A stretch of DNA of 64,000 nucleotides from Ptychomitrium polyphyllum (Eukaryota), in assembly GCA_973851085.1 (NCBI GenBank), contig OZ316775.1, positions 14,136,001-14,200,000 of the forward strand, written 5' to 3'. Below are positions 11,290 to 23,755 of this stretch, one piece after another; the first letter of the stretch is position 1, and every line of letters begins with the position of its first letter. A program made the translations under genes and the position numbers. The notes beneath the pieces were generated by a model, which did no database searches, had not been told where the DNA came from, and worked only from the letters and a program-made list of their open reading frames with translations.

Positions 11290-14200
11290 ATGGGGAAATC
11301 GGTGGATAGAGGACAGGAAAGCACACCACGCTCAGGCAGTTTTTCAAAGTCTTTCCAATCAACTGATGGCTCATTTGCAGGACAAACCCCACAGGCATCT
11401 AAAGCTCTTCCTCTCAGCATCCTCTACACTGAAAAGGTAGCTCCTCATGCCTTCACCATGAAATGCATTCTTGGATGCGTTTGTATGCAATCTGAGAACG
11501 AGGCAAGACCTAATACCTTCAGATGTAGCAGTTCCATCTTCTCGACGACGGAGTATGGCGCAAGCGACAGCCTGATAGGAGTCGGGCTCTTTTCGGCAAA
11601 ACCCCAGCCGCTGTGGAACTTCTCAACGCAGAAGCTGCCTCCAGATTTAATGTAGCCGGGGTGAGGTTTCGTGCGGATTATCGTGCGGCACTAACTCTTC
11701 CTCTCTTACAATGCCAAAACTTTACAAATATTAAGCGCGTCTTTGACTGATTGGAGAAAACAGGGACTGGCAGATAACCTGACGCTCCAAGAAGGCCAAC
11801 CGATGCCGAAAGAGTTCATCGCAGTAGTCAGGCCTAAGAACATCGTCGTGAAGAAGAGAGGCCAACAAACGAACGGCAGAACCGACCAACAGAGCATCGT
11901 CCCCGACGAGATGGAAATGAACCTCGAGGTTAAGGTGTATGACTTCGTGCCACCGGAGGCCGATGTTTTGAAGGCGGGTAAGGGGATGAACGTGGTATTC
12001 AAGGGGAAGACGAAGGCGACAATGAAGCAAGACGTGCAGGGGCTCTACTGCTTCAGCACATCGGGCAATGAGCTGGAGCACTTATTCACGCAGATCGGTA
12101 CCTACATGTTCCACTTCTCTCTTGTGAGCACCAAATACGGCGAGGTCCCCCCGGCCGTTGTTCGCGTCAACGTCGCTCCATCCAACACGAACATGTGCGA
12201 CGCTCATTGCCTAGAGGACCACCGGAAGCGGAGAAGACGCAAGCATACATCGTGAGTGAATGGTTCCCGTCTGGTCATCGGTGTCTTGATCGGTTTAGAG
12301 TTTCTTTTTGTGTCACTTCGTGATTTAGAGACCGCGTGCTTTTTCAATGTGTAGTGGCTCCGTCGACATCGCTCCCGTTGCCGTTGAGGAGGAGGTCGAG
12401 GAAGAAGAGATGCCGGAGCCGAAGATTGACATTACTCACGTGCACGTCACCACTCTTGACGAAGTTGTTTCTGTAAGTTTCGCAATCAACAACCTGATTG
12501 TCAAATAGTTTGCAATGAAGCAACCTCCAATCATCCCACTCGATGATGAGAAGATAGAGAAGATGATTGTTTGAGCCAGTTTTGATGACGCTGTTTCTGC
12601 AAGTCTCACGATTATCAGGATTGTAGAACGTGTTGCAGTCGTTGAAGTCGCGATCGAGGTTCCTGCTGTGTAAGTGAGAAGAAGTGGGAGAGAATGATAT
12701 TTCAGCTGGACTTTTAGTGGAGTGTCACTTTTCTGAAGTTTCAGGGGTAAAATCTTTTCAACAAGTGGAGAAAACATAACCTCTATCTCCTCCTCACTGA
12801 CGAAAATGAGTTCGAGCGTGTTCCCTCACATTGTCTCTGTGAGTTTTGTGTCACCTTGGTCGATGAGTGAGTTGGAATATGATTGAAATTCTAATCGTCC
12901 TGCTCAGTGGTAAGAAGATTGGAAGAATGATTTAAGCCAGTTTTTACGTAATTGTTGCTGTAGAATAAGTTGCAAGAACTTTAGCCCTAACTCCTGTGCA
13001 ATGATAAGAAGATAGAGGATGATTGTTTGAGCCAGTTTTAATGAGGTGGTCGTCTGTAAAGTTGGTGGTCATCCGAGTTGTAGAAAGAGTTGCAGTAGTG
13101 ATCAAGTTGGAGTTGTGATCAAGTATCCGGCAGTTTGAGTAGGAACATAGAGAGAATGATAGTTTGCGCAGGATTAAACTTTCCGGTGGAGTATGCGTAC
13201 GCTCGCAGGTGAACGGATTCTTTGCCATTGCGGTGTTTCTAGGACTGGCATTCAGTCCGCCACTGCCGCAGAACCAGGCAGCCACGACGCTAGCGCCGCC
13301 GAGGGTGGAGTGTTACGTGCAAGTGGATGTGTACCGCGCGGTGGTGCTGTGGGAGGTGGTCTCGTTTGGCTGCTTTCTCTTCTCCACCCTTGTGGCGCAT
13401 GGCTTCAAGCTCTTCATTGTTCTTGGTATGCATCATCCTTTTCTTTCTTTCACTGCACCGCACTGTCCTTCATGGCTATACTACTGCTATGGTGCCTGAC
13501 ACTACATAGTTTTGCTGTAAGTGCCATTTGGCATGGGCGTTTGGTACTTTCTTTAAGAACAAGTAGTCCTTTGAAAGTGTAAAGAATTAACAAGTAGTCG
13601 TTTGGGTGTGTGAAGGATTGACTTGTGTAAATGAAAGTTCTTTTGTAATGTCTTTATTATACATATCTAATTTGTTGCCAATTCAAACCATCTCAATAAA
13701 ATAATTTCATTCTCAATGGCATTGGCATTGATTTGAGCTAAATTATTGAGTTGAATTTTAGTTGATTGAACGGTTTGGAATTATAGGTGAAATTGACAAA
13801 TGTGTAATAATTTGAGGTAGTGTAAAATAAGATTTGTATGTATGTATTAATTGAGGATAATGTATTTGAATTTTTTTACATTATTAGAATTTCAAGTGGT
13901 AAATATTTTTTAAATGGTTTTTTGGAAGTTCTTTTTGAAATTCTTTTAGAGATTTTTTATCTTCCCTTTTATGACTAAGGAAAAGCATTAGAAATTAACA
14001 AATAGATCTATTTTTGTCCTTTGACATACTTACACATACATTTCAATTTGATATAGTCCAAACAATACACTTCTTCAAAAAATACTTTTTCTAGTGGAAC
14101 TTGTGATGTGATTGCTTGAAAGAATTTTTTTGCTACAATTTTAGGTTTTTAATCATTTGATATTTGAAAACAAAAGGTTCACATTACATTAGGCAAACCA

Positions 14201-14797
14201 TGCTTGTTTTAAAACAACTTCGTACAATGGTAAAAAGTCAACTAATAATCTACCTTTCTTAATCTATTATACATGTTTCCTCAATTCTTAGAGACCTTCC
14301 ATGAAACAGATTGATTTCTCTATGATTACTCTTTGAATTGATGAAACATAAATCACAATATGTTGATTAATCCTTTTAAAGTTAACAGTACAAATGAGGT
14401 CCTTTTCCTAAATTCAATGCACTAATACAAGTACAAGTTATATACGCATTTATACTTATATTCCAAATAAAGAAACGGCTTTTAATGCATATTTATCTTG
14501 CTGTTGCAAATTCTGCTGTTGTTCTATACAGAAAATGGAAGAGACAAAGAAAATTCAAAATTTGCTGAAGTGAATCGCAATTTCCTACGTTTTGGAATAT
14601 TGGCTTCAGGGATAGGATCCATTCTAGGTGCAATTTTTTTGATAGTCTCAATGGTTGTTTTGATTGAGATCCGACTCGGTGATCTTACTTGTGGAAATCC
14701 ATGGGCCTTGAAGACTACAGTTCCTTTCGTTATCTTGGGAGTCTCTGGTTGTGCCATTTTTATCGTTGCTGTATTTTATGAGTCATTTATTTACTGA
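11290..14797 (+). CDS. Putative chimeric gene: GMI1-like internal segment fused to a MEE60-family multi-pass membrane protein, about 454 aa
   Basis: Exons 11290-11436, 11532-11660, 11764-12251, 12355-12472, 13209-13425 and 14532-14797 are all GT-AG with matching phases (0,0,2,0,1); 1365 nt with no internal stop. Exons 1-3 resemble GMI1 (LPLSILYTEK, KTPAAVELL, PKEFIAVVRP, DQQSIV, GLYCFS, LFTQIGTYMFHFSL). Exons 4-6 resemble MEE60 (HVHVTTLDEVVSVNGFFAIAVFLGL, EVVSFGCFLFSTLVAHGFK, LRFGILASGIGSILG, IEIRLGDLTCG). The MEE60 part alone could start at ATG 12410. Confidence 0.7.
12455..13110. repeat. Degenerate direct repeats within intron 4 of the chimeric gene
   Basis: agaagatagag(a)...gatgattgtttgagccagtttt at about 12549 and 13007, with a weaker copy at about 12913. 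The sequence following the copies resembles the exon 4/intron 4 junction at 12455-12520. Confidence 0.75.
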
Positions 14798-15182
14798 TTG
14801 AAAATTTGCACTGCCTTGCGAAAGGCCCCACATTTAATCTAGATTATGATTTGCAAAATGTTTTTACAGCTTCTGAAAAAGTATGTTTTCAATTGTTAAT
14901 GAAACCACACCTCTGCTAATTATAACAGGAAAGCCCTTAGCAGGTCAACACTTATAAGTGCATCAAGAAGATCTCATTAGCAGGAGATAACACCACGGTC
15001 TCAATCTTAAGAGCAACAGAAAGGTAGACAAAATCCGCCCTTCTGAGTCATACAATTGCAGGATTCATTGCCCGATATAGGATGATAATAAATCAATAAT
15101 AAAAAGCTCTTCGTACCTCAGGTTACGACGTATGCTAACTAGTGCTTACCTCCAAGATCTAAACTACAGCTCAACACAGTTA

Positions 15183-18100
15183 TTATACACTCTTCGATGG
15201 AAGAGGAATTCCACTTTCCTGTCTTTTACTGGTGAACCAGTTTCTAAAGTCATGAAACTTATCGACCTTGATGGAATGTCGAATAGCTTTAAAAAACTCC
15301 AGATAATGATATGTGTTATGTCTGCATATTCCAACTCACGCCAGGTTGAGAACGTCAGAGTGCATCCATAAACAGGCAGAAACAAAACGCCAGTAAATGG
15401 CACCTACTCTTGCGAGGGACAGGTACAAATGAGATACGAAAGTGACATTTAGATCCTAACCATTAAGACAAAGGTCCCCAACGTGTAGTCACAGTTCGTT
15501 TCAATGTGATTAGAAACAGGCTGCATATTATTCATCCAAATTGACCAAGAAAATCTAACTTGTGAAGTGAGCACTCAGGGGTGGTATGTACAATGAGGAA
15601 CTAATTTAACCAGGAGTACAACAATGTAGCAATGGAGACATTAAGCATAGAGCGTTTACTTACATCTCTAATAAGGTTTGAGCCAGCATCTCATGGGTGT
15701 TAATTAGATGGTTGATGTAAGCTCGACTGTGCTTTCGACAAGTATAGCATTTGCATCCAATCACCAAGGGTGCATTGTCTAGTCTGTCACCAAGAAAACT
15801 TTCATTAGCAATGCTCGACCCTTCAACGTGATTGATCTTTTTCTGAATGAATAGAAAAGAGGTTTTAAGAGCAGTTAAAGGTAAAGAAGGCATGTACCTG
15901 AATGCAATAGAGCGTAGATTGATTTTTGCAGAGTCACTACCACTTCTGGCCAGCTCTTCAACAGTTGGTTCATTAACAACACTGCTTGGAGAATTCTCCA
16001 TATTAAGAGGAAAGGTCATTGCATAACCTCCCTTTGTTAAGATAAATGGGTATCTAAGGCCCGTCAAGATTAGCAACATCCATTAACATCTTAAAGTATG
16101 TACACTATTCTGAACACCACAGGACTAAGCCCAAGCTCTCTTCAGAGGAGATAACTTTTCTTCGACTGAGGAAAATGATCACAAACAACATCTAACAACA
16201 GCAGAACACTAACAACTACTGCTTCAACTCTAGCCAAAGATACTCGCAGGGTACAAACAACTCATAGTAGCCAAGAAATATCTAAGATGAACTGGATTTT
16301 ATAAAATGAAAGAGAAATTCTAAAAATAAAAGGAATAGCAGCATAAGACCTGAGTATCATCGATGTTGAGAGTAACTATTGATAAGAGTATCTGACTACA
16401 AACTTCAGAGTTTGAAAACTAGGCGTCTACCAATGACCCGTGTGTCAAGGATACATGCTGTCAAATATATCAATACCCGCCCCCACAGCTTGTAATATCT
16501 CCTCTGCAGACATCACAATGTCATCAAAAGACATGCAAAAAGATGGGATCAATCTTAGGCGCGATGACAAAATATCTTCAACCAGATTTGTCTACTTCTA
16601 ATTAGTTATAAAAAAAATTCCTTCTAGACCACATAATTCTATGTACAATTCCAATTGGTGAAAAGAAAAAACCTACCTGGCAAACCAATTCCACTCACAT
16701 GGCGAACTTTCTCCGTTGGTAATTTGGTCTACAAAACAACAGACGAGTACAACACGTCAGTGTAAGTTTCCACTAACAGAAGAAATTTCAAGCGGTCATA
16801 CAATAATTCATAAAGCAGTAAGCACGAAGTAGCATACAATTACTGCTTCCATCTGCGCTACACGCTGTGCAGCATCTTCGCCCAGTCCGAAGCCACCTAA
16901 AGAAAATCCTGGACACCAACACCACATGATCACGAGTAAATCAGTCACTGAAATAATTCCAATTTATACTAAAGTTCTTTAAGAGATTATAGTTCAGCAC
17001 GTAAAGAAACATACTCCAAAGTTTCTCAGAGACGATCTACTTTGAACATACTCATTTGGCAAACAGATTAAACTCTTTGCACAAAGGTATGACCACTCTA
17101 GTTACATTCAAAGATGTCCCAAACGAGAGTAAGGCGGAACAATACCCGCTACATTACGAGTAGCTGTTTGTTCTGCAGAACGGATTCTTTCCTCAAGACT
17201 GGCCGATCCGACCACAACGCCAAGGCACCTGTTTCCGTGTTCTGCCTAGAGCCACAGCTAGTAAGTCAAAATTTGAAAATAAGTATACTGAAATATTCAG
17301 TAGTTTATTGTGCGGCAGCATACCAATGTTGCAAGTTTTTGTATTGGGGTTGTAAAAACGAAGCCTCAAAATGGAAAATTCCATAGCTACAAGCAGCATT
17401 TTAAAGAAAAACCTACGCTGCACCCCTCACTGTATCCATATCATAGTAAATTGTTTGCAACCTAGACTAGTAATTAATTTTAAAAAGTTTGAGAGGCATG
17501 TAGGTACAAGAAACGGCCATCTTTAAATTCTTTTCCATCCTTAGATTCATCCAAGTAATTCAAGTGGCATGTAAAAGAGGCTCGAGACTAGAAAGTCTTG
17601 CATTTGTAGAAGCATCATTCACTAGTACTCAACTGAAATGTATAAATTCACATTGAAGTAAAGTGCACAGATTCGTTTAAAAAGAGTCTAAAGGGAAAAA
17701 TGACATACAGGTTGCAAGGAGAGGCAGTGGTCCAGCCACTGCAGAGTGCGGTCCACTGATACGCGATTGCGCTTCTCTGCCACCCAGGTGGGAACCTCAT
17801 CGGGCAAGCTAACCCACAAGTCGGGTTTGCACGCGTTCACAACCTCCATATATTTTGCAGGTCCCACCTGGCTAACTGTACATTAGTACGTTAAAATCAA
17901 AAGAAATTTGAAGCAGTCTTCACCTGATTCGCTCTTCCACAGATGAAAGAGGCTACAATGTCAAAAGTATAAAATTCAAACATTAGACGTCAGCAACCTA
18001 GACCAAAATGCAAACACAAATTCTAATTTGCAACAATAACGTCACAAAAACTCATACAATCTGTGCTGTAACATGAACTCGTAAGAGCAGTGTACATACT

Positions 18101-18844
18101 ACGCGGCGACCCGACGAAGTCTCAAAAGAAGCACCCATCTTGGAAGAACCCTCCCCATTCGCTTCATCCATAAGGCTGTCTCTCGCCACAGCAACCATCC
18201 CAAAGCCAGTCAAACTAACTAGCTTATGCAATCCTCCTGCCTTCGCAACAGTGCTGGCATTTGGACTATCCAAGCTGCATCCACCAACATTGTAACCATA
18301 TGAAACCAATCCTTCACAAAAAAACTCTTAACTTATAAACAAGCTGCGGCTTGCGACAAAAGTTCAATCTTCATGTTTCGTAAAACTACCACATAACAGC
18401 CTACATATTAATCCATATCAACAACCAGGTCCAACATCAAGAAAGCACATTTCACGCCTCTAGTTAGCTGCGGTTTCATTCTCGTTCAAATGAAGTGAAA
18501 GTACATCATCACAACACCATACCAAGCATAAAAAATAAAATCCTTCACTACTACGACTACTACTACCACCATCAGTTAGATCATCAACATGTTCCCAGCC
18601 ATCGTTCGCTAACTCAGCTCTTTCACCCTCAAATGGCTCCAGGATCGACTCACAAATGCAAGGGAGTGACTTGGCAAGCACGAGCATCAGGATGCAGATT
18701 CTGCAGCAAGTCCGGCGGGATGAAGGCCGGTAATCCCTTCCGTGTGAGCAGCAACAACCCCGGCGTCTCCACCTGCAGACCAGCACCCATCTGCAACGCC
18801 CCCAACCTCGCCCCCGCACTCCATGTCCGCACTGCAAACTCCAT
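15183..18844 (-). CDS. QTRT2: Queuine tRNA-ribosyltransferase accessory subunit 2, 441 aa, 9 coding exons
   Basis: Exons 18654-18844, 18100-18274, 17709-17867, 17146-17245, 16838-16908, 16677-16728, 16455-16503, 15664-16053 and 15183-15321, phase-consistent. TGT-family motifs ARLG...ETPGLLLLTRKGLP, SVDRTLQWLD, GFSLGGFGLGE, AVGAGIDIFDS and zinc site CKCYTC...HSRAYINHL...HEML...HN. The N-terminal motifs fit the accessory rather than the catalytic subunit. Confidence 0.92.
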
Positions 18845-19042
18845 CTCCCTGAACCCGTGACCACTCAACCTCTCCACTCTCCTGGTACTCTCTGTAAGAT
18901 CATGCCAACTGAGCAATCAAGGATGCAAAGAATGCAGTTGGGTGTACACGCAACCACGCCCAGCTCGTGATGCCCCCACGCGGTCGCGACGAGATCCGCT
19001 GCAGCCATTTGATCCACCGCGACCTACTCGCCGGAGCGCCTT

Positions 19043-19056
19043 AAACCCTAAACCCT
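19043..19056. promoter_or_regulatory. Tandem telo-box (AAACCCTA) at the start of a probable 5'UTR intron of QTRT2
   Basis: aaaccctaaaccct lies next to a minus-strand donor G|GTGAGG at about 19059. Telo-boxes are typical of plant translation-related genes. Confidence 0.5.
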
Positions 19057-19239
19057 CACCGTGACTCCCAACGCGCTCCATTCACACCGAGGCTTCACTT
19101 GTGGCTCAGCTCCTGCGGGCCGGTGTGAACGGGGCTTAAGAACCAATTCCGATTGCGGCTTCAACCAATCGCCTCGCTCCATTCTCGCGAATCTAGCCTT
19201 TGGCTTTATATTCAGGGCTTGGCTCAAACTCCCTAGTCT

Positions 19240-19259
19240 TACGTGGCTGCCTACGTGGC
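19240..19259. promoter_or_regulatory. Paired ABRE-like elements (TACGTGGC x2) upstream of QTRT2
   Basis: tacgtggc tgcc tacgtggc, about 400 bp upstream of the ATG. Confidence 0.4.
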
Positions 19260-22200
19260 ATCAAAAGTGAAGCGCCAAAGCTTTGAGCTCGAGTTTAAGG
19301 GAATTGGGTTGGGGTGCAGCGTGACATAACCATTTTAGCATTGGCCTAGTGGAAGTCAGATTGTAAACCTGGTTGATTATAAAATCGAGTTGGACTTGAA
19401 TTCACAAGCTTTTGTGTAGAGCCCAATTTAGGATAGAGTGACTTAAATTTTTGGAACCAGTACAGTTTTGAGCATTTCTTGAAATGTAACATGAGCCAAT
19501 TCATTTTTTGTGTTTGATTTGATTTGGAATATTTTATCATAGATTGGTGCATAACCTATATATTGATTTAAGGCCACCTATGTATAGGTTAGAAAGCATG
19601 ATAAACATGTTATTCTAAAATTTGTAATAATTTCAGTACTAGTGATAAAAATATGAAAATTTTGCTTTCTTCATGATCTATATCTCCCTACTTTATAAAA
19701 ATACAACTTAGTATACAAGTAAAAAACTAATCATTGACATGGAGTTGCTGTATCTAAGTTTGTTTCTTTGAAATTGCTCAAGTTCTTCTTTTAGTTTTGA
19801 TTTTTTCTTATTGAATTGTCATCTTTTGCAAAAAAATCCAAAAAAAAAAGCAACCATTTCCATGCACCAGCATATAGTACAAGAAGATGATTTTATAAAA
19901 CTTATATTATGAAACATTACGGTGTATAATATAACAAACAAAATTAGTGCAAAGACAATCTTTTATTTTAAAAACAATTTAGTAATTTTATAAAATATAT
20001 AAATAATCCCCAAGTCATTCTATTAATTCAAAATTTGGTGCCTTTATAGTCTTGCCACATGCTCCAATCGCATTTCTAAAACTTTTATTTATTGGGTGCA
20101 AGATTGATAAATTATACTCAATAAGAAATATCATTGAGCAAATTACAGTGGATAAGATTAACCATTGTCTATTAAGATTTTGAAAGGGAAGAATACAAGA
20201 ACCATGAACTCACTTTCTTGAATTCCTTCTATCATTTTTATAATTTTTTTTGTTTCTTTTTCCTTTGGACCATTGTAAATTATTCAAGGTATAATCAAAA
20301 CTTAATTAATGTGTGAAATAAAATAGAAATATGGAAGGGATAATTGTGATTAACAGTAAAGAAAGTGTAATTATATTGAGGTCATGACAAAGTATAATTT
20401 TTCTTATATCTTTTGTATACGTGGAATGATTGAGTATTGTGATATGATTGAAATTAGTTATTTTAGGAAACCTTAATATTGTAGAGCCATTCTAGAGGTG
20501 AATTAAGTGTTAATAATAGATAGAATGTAGAATTGTTTTGGTAAATAAAACATTTTTTTTTATTACATTTGGAAAAGGCATTTTTTTAATTTAAGAAATA
20601 AATGAAATTGCGCAAATTTTTTGAAGGTTTATAATAATGTTGTATAAATAAAGATTTTTATATGTAAAAAAATTGAACACCATAATTATTATTAATTTTG
20701 CAAATAAATATAATCAAATAAGAATGTTTTATAAACAGTCCTTGAAGAAAATAACTAAATACTTATTACATTTTAATCAAGTTATTTTTACTGTACAAAA
20801 ATAAAACAAAATATGCAAGTATATAAAGAAATTCAAGGCTTTATTAAAGGATTGTACTACCATCTCTAAACAAATCCCACAAAAGTTTTGTTTCTTTTTT
20901 TCTCAAAATACACACAAAAGACTTAAATTAATAAAGATTGTTAAGTTAAGATAACTTCTTCATTTTATAAACTTCCAAATCCTTATTGGCCCTAAAAACC
21001 AACTAATAAATAATTCAAGCTAAATAAATGAAAAACTTTCTAAGCTGAATTATATTACATTCATCCATTGCAACTTAGTACCCAATGCCACATCACGTGA
21101 CAATAAATACAATTTTTTTATTTGAATTTTTTTTTATGAAATTTTACAATGAATTTAAGATTTCTATGGAATTTTTTAAAAAGTCTTTAGAAACACTTTC
21201 ATTACTTGCAAGAGCTTGCAAATGGTCTTCAACTTTTTTTTCCATCATTTTCGATATTAGTCCATGGAATATGATTAGATTTACTTATTTAGCTAAAAAA
21301 TTCATAGTCTTTTGCTTATGATCTATATGAAGACTAATAAATTGAATTTTTAAATTTTGAAGCACAATGCAGATTGTTCCACTATATCAAATTTTATTGC
21401 AAATATTCACAAAATTCATGGTAATAAAAAATAATACAATTCAATGCTAGTTATTATTAAAAATATTGAAATGTTTTATTAAAATAATATTTTTTAGAAG
21501 TTTCCAAAATAAAATGGATTACAGAAGCACTTCAAATGTATATGGTATTATATATTTAAAAGCTTTACAAAATTTTCACAGATTTTTGAAAATTTTGGCA
21601 ATTACTTTACATTTACAAAGCATTCTTATAAAGTATGGAAAAAAAAAGTTTCAAAATTTGGAACTCTTTTAAAGTTAACATTTAAAAAGTACACATGTAT
21701 TTTTAATTAAGTTTATATTGCCAATTATGAATTTCATACATAGTAATACAATTAATCCAGAAAATATGTTTTATTCTAATCATTGAGAATTATTCTATAA
21801 AAATAGGATTAAGCTTTTCTTAATGGTGCATGTACAAATATTAAAAAATCATTTATAAAAAAAAGTTACAAATTTAATAATTAGCAATCATAATTAATAA
21901 TCTTCAGTAGCTAATTTGGAATTAAAAATAATAATAATATTAGATTATGTTATCATTCTTTAAAATACAAAAACATATAGTATGAATTTGTACAGTCTTT
22001 AAAAACCAAATTTCACTTTTGTGTAATGCTGCATGTGATGCCATATCTGCATGCTGTAAGAAAACACAGTGTTTACTCATCAAGTGTAAACACAGACGCC
22101 ATGAGTTTTGGAAAACTTGAGAGAAGGATTTCGATTGAGACGTCGACCAGACAGACTCTATCCGAAGAGAACATGAAAGTATGTTGTCAAGGAAGCTCCT

Positions 22201-23330
22201 ATGTGACTGTGAACTGTGAAGCAGAGTGTACCTGCCACATTAGAGCCAAAGGAAGCATGGGGGGCCAAGAGGAGTCAGCACCAGTGAGGAAAAGCATCCC
22301 CTCGAACACGCTCTCCCTCGAGTAATCAAAGGACCAATTGGCCCAATGCTGTAGGCAAGTTGGCCAACAACCACTCTGCCCAACTTACACCATGAAGCTG
22401 CGAGATCTCCACACACCCAATTGCACCAATGTCTAAAGTATGGAGGTTTGGCTAAGATTGGGACATGCCATGACATTGCAACCTAAACTTGGCCTCCCTA
22501 GAGTGCCGACCGCACAGGAAGCGTAGTCCCTGCCCCTCTCAATCCCGGGTACGCTGTGTACGCGAAGAAGGCAAATTCTCCCCGTTTATTTTCGTTTCAG
22601 CCTTCCTGCAATGTGCGCGTACCCAGAACCGCCACCATCTACACTCTTATGGAATTCCGGAATGCCAAGTGTGGGGGTTTGGTAGATGGTACCGGTTTTG
22701 AACGAAGTGACGGTTATCGGTACACCTGGTGCTGAAAACCACCATTTTCGGGCGTATGAATTTGCACTCAATAATCTTAAATCTACAAATAGTAGGGAAG
22801 TTGTCCAATTCGGGTATTGTGACGGTTTTCGCAACTTTTGCACTCCGGACTGCTATCCTCTACCTTATGCTTACACTCGATCTTACGAAATCTAGGTTCC
22901 GAGTAGATACGGATAAATTTGGGTACAGTAACGCTTTTCACTCTGCATCCCTTCCCTGGCAGATCACCTTAGCGACGAAAGCTGCAATCCAGTCAACGGA
23001 AAACGAAGCTCGCTCGATTAAACAGAAAGTCGTCCAAAGAAATCGAAGTTCGTCGTGCTCGCCAGAACTTGGTCGGTCTGGAACGCTCCCGTCGACCCCA
23101 AAACAAAATGTTCGTCGAACTTCACCTTTTCCGTCAAGATTTGAACCGAAACGAACGAACGAACCTCGCAACTCTACCAGCTGCGACACCATTCGCCGAC
23201 TGACGAACGGGAACGAATCCCAAATGCCGTCCATCACGCGCTGCCCTGTTCGTCGTCGTCGAGGCTGCGTTCTGTCGGACACTGAGAAGGCCTTCGCGTC
23301 AACTGTAGTAGAACAAGGATACTGCTTGAA

Positions 23331-23410
23331 GTGGTGGTGGTGGTGGTGGTGCTATTGTTGTTGTTGTTGTTGTTGTTGTTGTGGTGCTGCCGTGGTGGTG
23401 GTGGTCGTGG
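23331..23410. repeat. Compound (TGG)n-(TGT)n-(GTG)n microsatellite
   Basis: Directly visible; it produces the poly-W/C/V/N/T runs in spurious ORFs. Confidence 0.95.
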
Positions 23411-23702
23411 CGAGAGAGCTTGCAGAGTGTTGTCGTGCGTGTTGGTAGTGCGGAGTCTCGGTGCATGAGGGCAAGGCCTCCGCGGGGAAGATCTCTCCTG
23501 CCATGCGACCTCCAATTAGGTAGATGGCGTAGCGACGATGATGGTGATGCCGTGCTTCGGACGAGAGAGCACAAGTGTTAGGTCTTGACGCAAGTGGGGG
23601 AGAGAGCAGATGAGCAGATGGTGATGAGAGGCAAGAGGTGGCGATGAGGTCGTGACGGCGGCGGCTAGTGTTGGGTGTTGAGGTGAGGCGATGTGATTAA
23701 GC

Positions 23703-23755
23703 GGAGAGGAGAGGAGAGGAGAGGAGAGGAGAGGAGAGAGAGAGAAAGAGAGAGT
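23703..23755. repeat. (GGAGA)n/(GA)n purine microsatellite in the UPL5 promoter/leader region
   Basis: ggagaggagaggagaggagagg...gagagagaga directly visible. Confidence 0.95.

Noticed and set aside
22446..22458. TTTGGCTAAGAT match to U2 snRNA
   Set aside because: Only 12 nt match; the branch-pairing GTAGTA region, flanking U2 sequence and USE promoter are absent.
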